Of a stretch of DNA of 64,000 nt, positions 59,257-64,000 are shown one piece after another. The stretch is taken from positions 1 to 64,000 of IMG/VR virus record IMGVR_UViG_3300034198_008248, one strand, 5' to 3'. Numbering within the stretch: position 1 is the first letter of the stretch; each line of letters begins with the position of its first letter. The notes below the pieces were generated by a model. The model saw nothing but the letters and a program-made list of their open reading frames with translations. It had not been told where the DNA came from and searched no databases. Made by a program: the position numbers and the translations under genes. This stretch comes from an uncultured virus (IMG/VR IMGVR_UViG_3300034198_008248). Lineage: Duplodnaviria > Heunggongvirae > Uroviricota > Caudoviricetes.

Positions 59257-59493
59257 TCAATTTCCATAAATACATTCTAATAGTTGTGGTTTTTTCGCGT
59301 GTCTTTTTATTATCATTCGATCCCTGAGATTATCCTCAACCAACAAAAATAAAAAGGCATAGGCTATTCCGAAATTACCATCAGCTTGATCTAAGAGATC
59401 TTTGAAATCATCAGGGTCTTCTTTTCTACGTCTCTCCATTTCAGTGAAGATTAATCCCATAGCTTCGATGTGTTGGGTCAGTTCAGATGACAT
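59257..59493 (-). CDS. Hypothetical protein
   Basis: TTGACT-AAACACTA-TATGAT promoter upstream. Confidence 0.65.
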   Translation of the reverse strand: MSSELTQHIEAMGLIFTEMERRRKEDPDDFKDLLDQADGNFGIAYAFLFLLVEDNLRDRMIIKRHAKKPQLLECIYGN

Positions 59494-59538
59494 ACGATAA
59501 TCATACCTTAGTGTTTTATAAAGTCAAGTTATTTAATA

Positions 59539-60201
59539 TCACATGAAAATTAATTCAAAGTTTCCATGTTCATAAATTTTAATATACGAACATTTTACTT
59601 CACAGAAAGATCCACTGTTTACATAAACACAGGCACCACAATCAACGATTTCAGCATGGTGTGTGTGACCTGCCATTAAGACATCATATTTTTTACCACG
59701 CTTTTCTACAAACTTAGTTCTAACAATATCCTTAGCTTGAATCCAAGATTTGCTTAATTTTTTTGTCAGTCTGGAAATTCGATGTGATTTATCGATTCTC
59801 TGTAACCAGTAATATATCCCAGTAAAGAACCATGTAATAAATGGTTTATGTTTGATCCAATGATCATATTTATCACCATGTTCCAAAAAGAATTTAGAAT
59901 TGTTGAGTTCAAATTCGTAGTATTCGACAAATTCCATACCCATAATAGCACTCATAAATTCTCCATTCGAATCATGGTTGCCATGGATAAAGATGATATT
60001 ATGTGTTTTACTTAATTTTCTAAGTTTACTTAGAATATCCCAGTCTTTTTTATTAAATCTTTTAAATGAATAATTATCGAATAAATCACCATTTATAATA
60101 AGTCTTTTAAAGTCTAAAGAAAGAACCTTCAACACTTTTTCTCTATTACACACAGGACTACCTAGATGAATATCACTGATTACTACGGTATCGCAAGTCA
60201 T
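59539..60201 (-). CDS. LpxH-like metallophosphoesterase (UDP-2,3-diacylglucosamine hydrolase family)
   Basis: SDIHLG, GDLFD, GNHD, HGD, GHTH, NSG. Confidence 0.88.
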   Translation of the reverse strand: MTCDTVVISDIHLGSPVCNREKVLKVLSLDFKRLIINGDLFDNYSFKRFNKKDWDILSKLRKLSKTHNIIFIHGNHDSNGEFMSAIMGMEFVEYYEFELNNSKFFLEHGDKYDHWIKHKPFITWFFTGIYYWLQRIDKSHRISRLTKKLSKSWIQAKDIVRTKFVEKRGKKYDVLMAGHTHHAEIVDCGACVYVNSGSFCEVKCSYIKIYEHGNFELIFM

Positions 60202-60212
60202 ATACTTATTTA

Positions 60213-60287
60213 TGGTCCGCGCATCTGGACTTGAACCAGAACAGTCCGATTCACAGTCGGAGGCTTCTACATTAAAGCTATACTCGG
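60213..60287 (-). tRNA. tRNA-His(GTG)
   Basis: TCCGA-CTGTGAA-TCGGA; A73; CCA. Confidence 0.9.
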
Positions 60288-60293
60288 ATAAAT

Positions 60294-60368
60294 TGGTGAG
60301 TGTGACAGGACTCGAACCTGTAGCTTACTCCTTAAAAGGGAGTTATTCTACCATTGAATTACACACCC
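60294..60368 (-). tRNA. tRNA-Lys(TTT)
   Basis: Cloverleaf with CCA. Confidence 0.92.
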
Positions 60369-60369
60369 G

Positions 60370-60464
60370 TCTAGGTGGAGGGATTCGAACCCCCGATAGA
60401 CAGACTCTTTCTGCCCACAACCGATTCCAAGTCGGCCCGATTACCAAGCTATCGCAACACCTAG
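60370..60464 (-). tRNA. tRNA-Pro(TGG) with long variable arm
   Basis: CTAGGTG/CACCTAG-A; GCCGA-CTTGGAA-TCGGT; 25-nt variable region. Confidence 0.85.
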
Positions 60465-60551
60465 TTATTATCCGATCATATCGCCTCGGATCACAGCCAA
60501 TTCAACAGTTTTTTCATACTTCGTCGTCGTTAGAATTATACATCAACCTCG

Positions 60552-60623
60552 CTCCCAAGGTAGGTTCTGCCCCTACAACCTTTCGATTAACAGTCGAACG
60601 CACTGCTGTTGTGCTACATGGGA
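60552..60623 (-). tRNA. tRNA-Asn(GTT)
   Basis: TTCGA-CTGTTAA-TCGAA; atypical T loop. Confidence 0.85.
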
Positions 60624-60705
60624 TTTGTGCGCGTTTTATTTTTGGTTCTCTTTGGACTTATCACGCTTTTGTTATCCAAATCAGTTGGGTGCTATCCAAC
60701 ATCGG

Positions 60706-60794
60706 TGTGAAGGGTGGAATTCGAATCCACATTGTTTACCCGTAGGGATTGGTTTTACAGACCAATGCAACACCACCATCGTTGCCGCCCGCAC
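60706..60794 (-). tRNA. tRNA-Tyr(GTA)
   Basis: TTGGT-CTGTAAA-ACCAA; long variable arm. Confidence 0.85.
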
Positions 60795-60795
60795 A

Positions 60796-60957
60796 TTAGT
60801 CTTCAAACTCAAACACATCATCCACTTTAATTTTTCTATCATTCAATTTAACAGAACCTTGTTCCAGATCTCTTTTAATTTGTGATTTTGATTTCTCTGT
60901 GTTGAATGTATTCTTCCATATCCACTGAATAAAGTCAATAGCTTTGATGTATTTCAT
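60796..60957 (-). CDS. Stand-alone S4-like RNA-binding domain
   Basis: SKSQIKRDLEQGSVKLNDRK. Confidence 0.6.
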   Translation of the reverse strand: MKYIKAIDFIQWIWKNTFNTEKSKSQIKRDLEQGSVKLNDRKIKVDDVFEFED

Positions 60958-61029
60958 GGTGCGGCTGAAGGTAATCGAAACCTTCATGATTCGCATTACG
61001 AGCAAATCATAATCCCATCGTTAACACGC
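60957..61029 (-). ncRNA. Degenerate tRNA-like RNA with CCA
   Basis: GAAGG-TTTCGATTA-CCTTC T-like arm, 9-bp anticodon-like stem, weak D arm. Confidence 0.5.
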
Positions 61030-61034
61030 ATATG

Positions 61035-61105
61035 TAGGAATAGACAAAATCGAATTGTCGTTCTCGCCGTATGAAAGCGTTGTCTTACCATTAGACGATA
61101 TTCCA
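61035..61105 (-). tRNA. tRNA-Met(CAT)
   Basis: Cloverleaf, TTCATAC loop. Confidence 0.8.
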
Positions 61106-61115
61106 GTTTGAATTG

Positions 61116-61212
61116 TGAGCACACGGAGGAGTTGAACCTCTAGCTAATCTTATCGTCACAACCTGTGATACACTTAGCTCTATTTCATTTTCGCGCATTA
61201 GCCTATGTACCC
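61116..61212 (-). ncRNA. tRNA-like RNA (acceptor stem plus T arm, non-canonical core)
   Basis: GGGTACA/TGTGCTC-A; GAGG-TTCAACT-CCTC. Confidence 0.5.
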
Positions 61213-61218
61213 ATTATG

Positions 61219-61291
61219 TTGCGGGTGAGGAAATCGAATCCTCCTCTCCGGGATATGAACCCGGAATGGTCAACCAGACCACCTACCTGCG
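61219..61291 (-). tRNA. Initiator tRNA-fMet(CAT)
   Basis: C1:A72 mismatch; CCGGG/CCCGG anticodon stem. Confidence 0.85.
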
Positions 61292-61560
61292 ATTTAAATT
61301 TTTATTCTTTTTTTCGGATCTATACCAAAACCTAAACATCTTTTTCTAACTGCGTTATCAGATGCCCCTTGCTTAGGAGGTCCATACTTTATTCTAGTGT
61401 TTAATCAATAAAGTTCCTCCGTCAACAATCGGCGCGATTGTCTTTCCCTTCAAACATCGGTTGGTAATTGGAGTGCATTTAGTTGTAAAGTTATTTAGTT
61501 TTTTGGTTATTATTTTTCAAGTTATTTTTTAATAATTCGAAAATTTCTTCTCTCGCTGTT

Positions 61561-61902
61561 TCATTTTATTAATTTTTTGAGTTTACCAAGAACCATTACA
61601 GCAGTTCTATCGGTGATCTTAGATGAATCCAAATCCTTTGATAGATGATCAATTATATCAAATACTCTTTGTTTGTCAATAGCTCCAGATTCTTCTTGCT
61701 CATAAGGATTCTGTCCACTAGATTGAGATTGGTTGAATAAACTACCCTGCTCTATACCGATCTTAGAACTAGCACTAGATAGGGTGTTCTTAGCGTCCTG
61801 TGGTGCCTGTGCGCCCCCTTTAATAGGTGGGCGATTCATTGCTAATCCACCCCAAGATTCCTCTAGAATGTTCTCATACGCATCAAATAAACCTTTGTCC
61901 AT
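61561..61902 (-). CDS. Hypothetical late protein
   Basis: TAAATA upstream of MDKGLFDAYENILEE. Confidence 0.7.
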   Translation of the reverse strand: MDKGLFDAYENILEESWGGLAMNRPPIKGGAQAPQDAKNTLSSASSKIGIEQGSLFNQSQSSGQNPYEQEESGAIDKQRVFDIIDHLSKDLDSSKITDRTAVMVLGKLKKLIK

Positions 61903-61906
61903 AATC

Positions 61907-64000
61907 TTATTTAAGTATTCTAATGGATGAGTATATATTGAAGAATTCTTCAAACGATTCAGCTAAATTTCCACTTACGTCACTAGCCGTAATGGAATTG
62001 ATATCATCATCTATCTTTATCAATTCTTTCTGCAAATCAACTATTTTAGAAACCCACTCTGCACCATTTTCTGATTCCAAATAATTCTGTCTATATGTTT
62101 GAATAATTTCAGCTATCTTTTTCTTCAATTCCACTTTTTCAAAAAGTTCTTGATCTTTCCCATCAGCTAACATATACTTGATATTGACATTTTGCACAGT
62201 ATTGATTCTAAAAATTCTACCCTCACTTTGTTCTATCGATTCTGGGGTCCAATCAAAATCATTGATTAACATATTAGCAAAAGTATTCGGAAATGAAATA
62301 CCAGTCCCACCCATTTTCATACTCATTATCAGAACCTTCGAATCCTTATGTTCCATATTTTTCTTAACATTAATTATTTGATCTTTTGGTGTTCCGCTCA
62401 AATATGTGTAAACTTTCCATTTTGGATTTATATTTTGCAATTTTTCCGATAATTGTGTATATAATGACTTCCCTGACTGAGCAAAATTTGTAAATATTAG
62501 AACTTTAGATTTTGCATAGTTGTGTGTTGAATCGTTTTGGTTTTCTGTTATAATTTTGATTGTTTCATTCACGGTATCCTGCACCTTGAGTTGAGCAATA
62601 CTCTCTCTAAATGCTATAAGTTTAGATATTTCCAAATCTTCGTCTTTGTACGATTTTAATTTGTGGTCTACCATGATTTTTAAAAGGTCTTTATTTATAG
62701 GATTTGATTTTTTTTCGATATTGGCATCAGGCATTTTTTCTCCTTTGGCCGCTCTCATATCCTTTTTACTATGTCTGATATAAACACCCGTTAAGGATAA
62801 CCACCGATGTAAATTTTCGGCTGCTTCCAACTGTTGCTCTATGGTTCCGTTCACATACGCCTTTGTCGCGCCACCATAATTTTGTCCGTAATCATTGTCT
62901 AAATCATCCTCGTCGTTATAAACCTTTTTAGATGGTTTTCGTCTTATATCTTTAAGAACCATACCACAAAATTCTTTTTTGAATTTTCCAATCGATATAT
63001 TACCCAATGGATGACCCAATAATCTTAGTTGATTTCTAACATTTATAGGTTCGTTAGATGATAATGTTGCTGTAGCTCCCCACCTTATGGGTATATTTTT
63101 GGATATCTTTTCTATGTTTGCCGATGTTATAACTACTTTACTTCCTCGTTTTTCGTGTTTGACTCTGTGCAATTCGTCTAGAATAAGAACTTTAAATTTT
63201 GTAAATAATAATTTATCTATGACATTTTCTAAATTATTTCCACTTGAAAAATTGGGATATCTAAGAATCGTCCATCGTTTTGGGTTCATTGGATCTGTCG
63301 ATATTTCTGATCTCGCCTCTTCTCCCAAAACATCTATTATTTCTTGCACTATTTGTTTTTGAACAGCTTTCAAAGTGACGATCAATACATTTTCTTTCTT
63401 TTCTCTGGTCAATAAATCAGCAGCATATATAAATTGTATAGTTTTCCCGGCTCCTGTTTCGGAGCCTAGAATAGCATACTTTCTAGATGTTAAAAATTTA
63501 ACACCTTCTTTTTGTAAATCGTATAGTTCAAATTTACTATTGGGATAATTCTCATTTAATTTATTATCTATAATATTTTTAAATTGGGGATTCAATTCTC
63601 CTTCAGCCTTTTCTGAATCATCTATTACACCAATCTTAATCTTTTCCTTTATTATTTTTTCTAATTCCTTTATATCAAATTCAAATCTTTCCATTATATC
63701 TTTAAACATCATTAACTGCTTATAATCCGCTGATACTTCGTATCGATATAATGTAGAATTCCAAGAATAATCATAAAATATATACTGTATTAAATTTTTC
63801 AAAAATTCCTTCGATTCAATTGGTTGATTTCTTACATACGATAATCCAATTTTATCGGACTCTAAATTCGTAAATATTAATCCTTTTTCGGATTCATTTT
63901 TTATCGGTTCTTCAACATCGGAATATAATGAATCTAATTCAGATGTGTTTAAACCGTATTTATCAAATAAAGATTTGAGTATTTTATACTCACTTGGGCT
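61907..64000 (-). CDS. SNF2-family helicase/ATPase (5' end lies beyond the window)
   Basis: ETGAGKT, LDELH, ATAT, GGTGI, QSEGRIFRI; frame open to the window edge. Confidence 0.9.
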   Translation of the reverse strand, partial: SPSEYKILKSLFDKYGLNTSELDSLYSDVEEPIKNESEKGLIFTNLESDKIGLSYVRNQPIESKEFLKNLIQYIFYDYSWNSTLYRYEVSADYKQLMMFKDIMERFEFDIKELEKIIKEKIKIGVIDDSEKAEGELNPQFKNIIDNKLNENYPNSKFELYDLQKEGVKFLTSRKYAILGSETGAGKTIQFIYAADLLTREKKENVLIVTLKAVQKQIVQEIIDVLGEEARSEISTDPMNPKRWTILRYPNFSSGNNLENVIDKLLFTKFKVLILDELHRVKHEKRGSKVVITSANIEKISKNIPIRWGATATLSSNEPINVRNQLRLLGHPLGNISIGKFKKEFCGMVLKDIRRKPSKKVYNDEDDLDNDYGQNYGGATKAYVNGTIEQQLEAAENLHRWLSLTGVYIRHSKKDMRAAKGEKMPDANIEKKSNPINKDLLKIMVDHKLKSYKDEDLEISKLIAFRESIAQLKVQDTVNETIKIITENQNDSTHNYAKSKVLIFTNFAQSGKSLYTQLSEKLQNINPKWKVYTYLSGTPKDQIINVKKNMEHKDSKVLIMSMKMGGTGISFPNTFANMLINDFDWTPESIEQSEGRIFRINTVQNVNIKYMLADGKDQELFEKVELKKKIAEIIQTYRQNYLESENGAEWVSKIVDLQKELIKIDDDINSITASDVSGNLAESFEEFFNIYSSIRILK

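Noticed and set aside
60212..60885. Plus-strand ORFs of 177 and 86 aa
   Set aside because: They are antisense shadows of the tRNA genes
1..64000. Stop-codon reassignment
   Set aside because: Recognisable genes are intact in code 11 and end in TAA, TAG and TGA; no clear suppressor tRNA; the one internal TAA (31978) looks like a lesion

Overview
AT-rich segment of a large lytic dsDNA phage with T4-like features (rIIA/rIIB, ThyX, dUTPase, TAAATA late-type promoters). The host is probably Gram-negative (spanin-like lipoprotein, PEP-CTERM protein). From 1 to 44.3 kb the + strand carries about 100 mostly short genes. More than 50 of them sit behind one motif, AAACACTA-N3-(TATAAT-like)-N6/7-ATG, which looks like a leaderless promoter. 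The motif becomes densest in a GC-rich, hairpin-rich island at 42.5-44.4 kb that ends at a 43-bp tandem repeat. From 44.5 to 64 kb lie late-type genes (several with T4 capsid-targeting-like tags), a lysis cassette whose endolysin holds an intein, and a minus-strand tRNA cluster. The main theme is tRNA engineering. The window encodes Pnk-like, RNA ligase, 2H phosphoesterase, Thg1, TilS and CCA-adding enzymes. It also holds a circularly permuted tRNA mimic, a tRNA-Leu with a 38-nt anticodon insert, a long-arm tRNA-Pro, and several RNAs that keep only the acceptor stem and T arm. Three free-standing endonuclease genes are flanked by diverged duplicates of the gene ends they interrupt. All calls come from reading motifs by eye; no searches were run.
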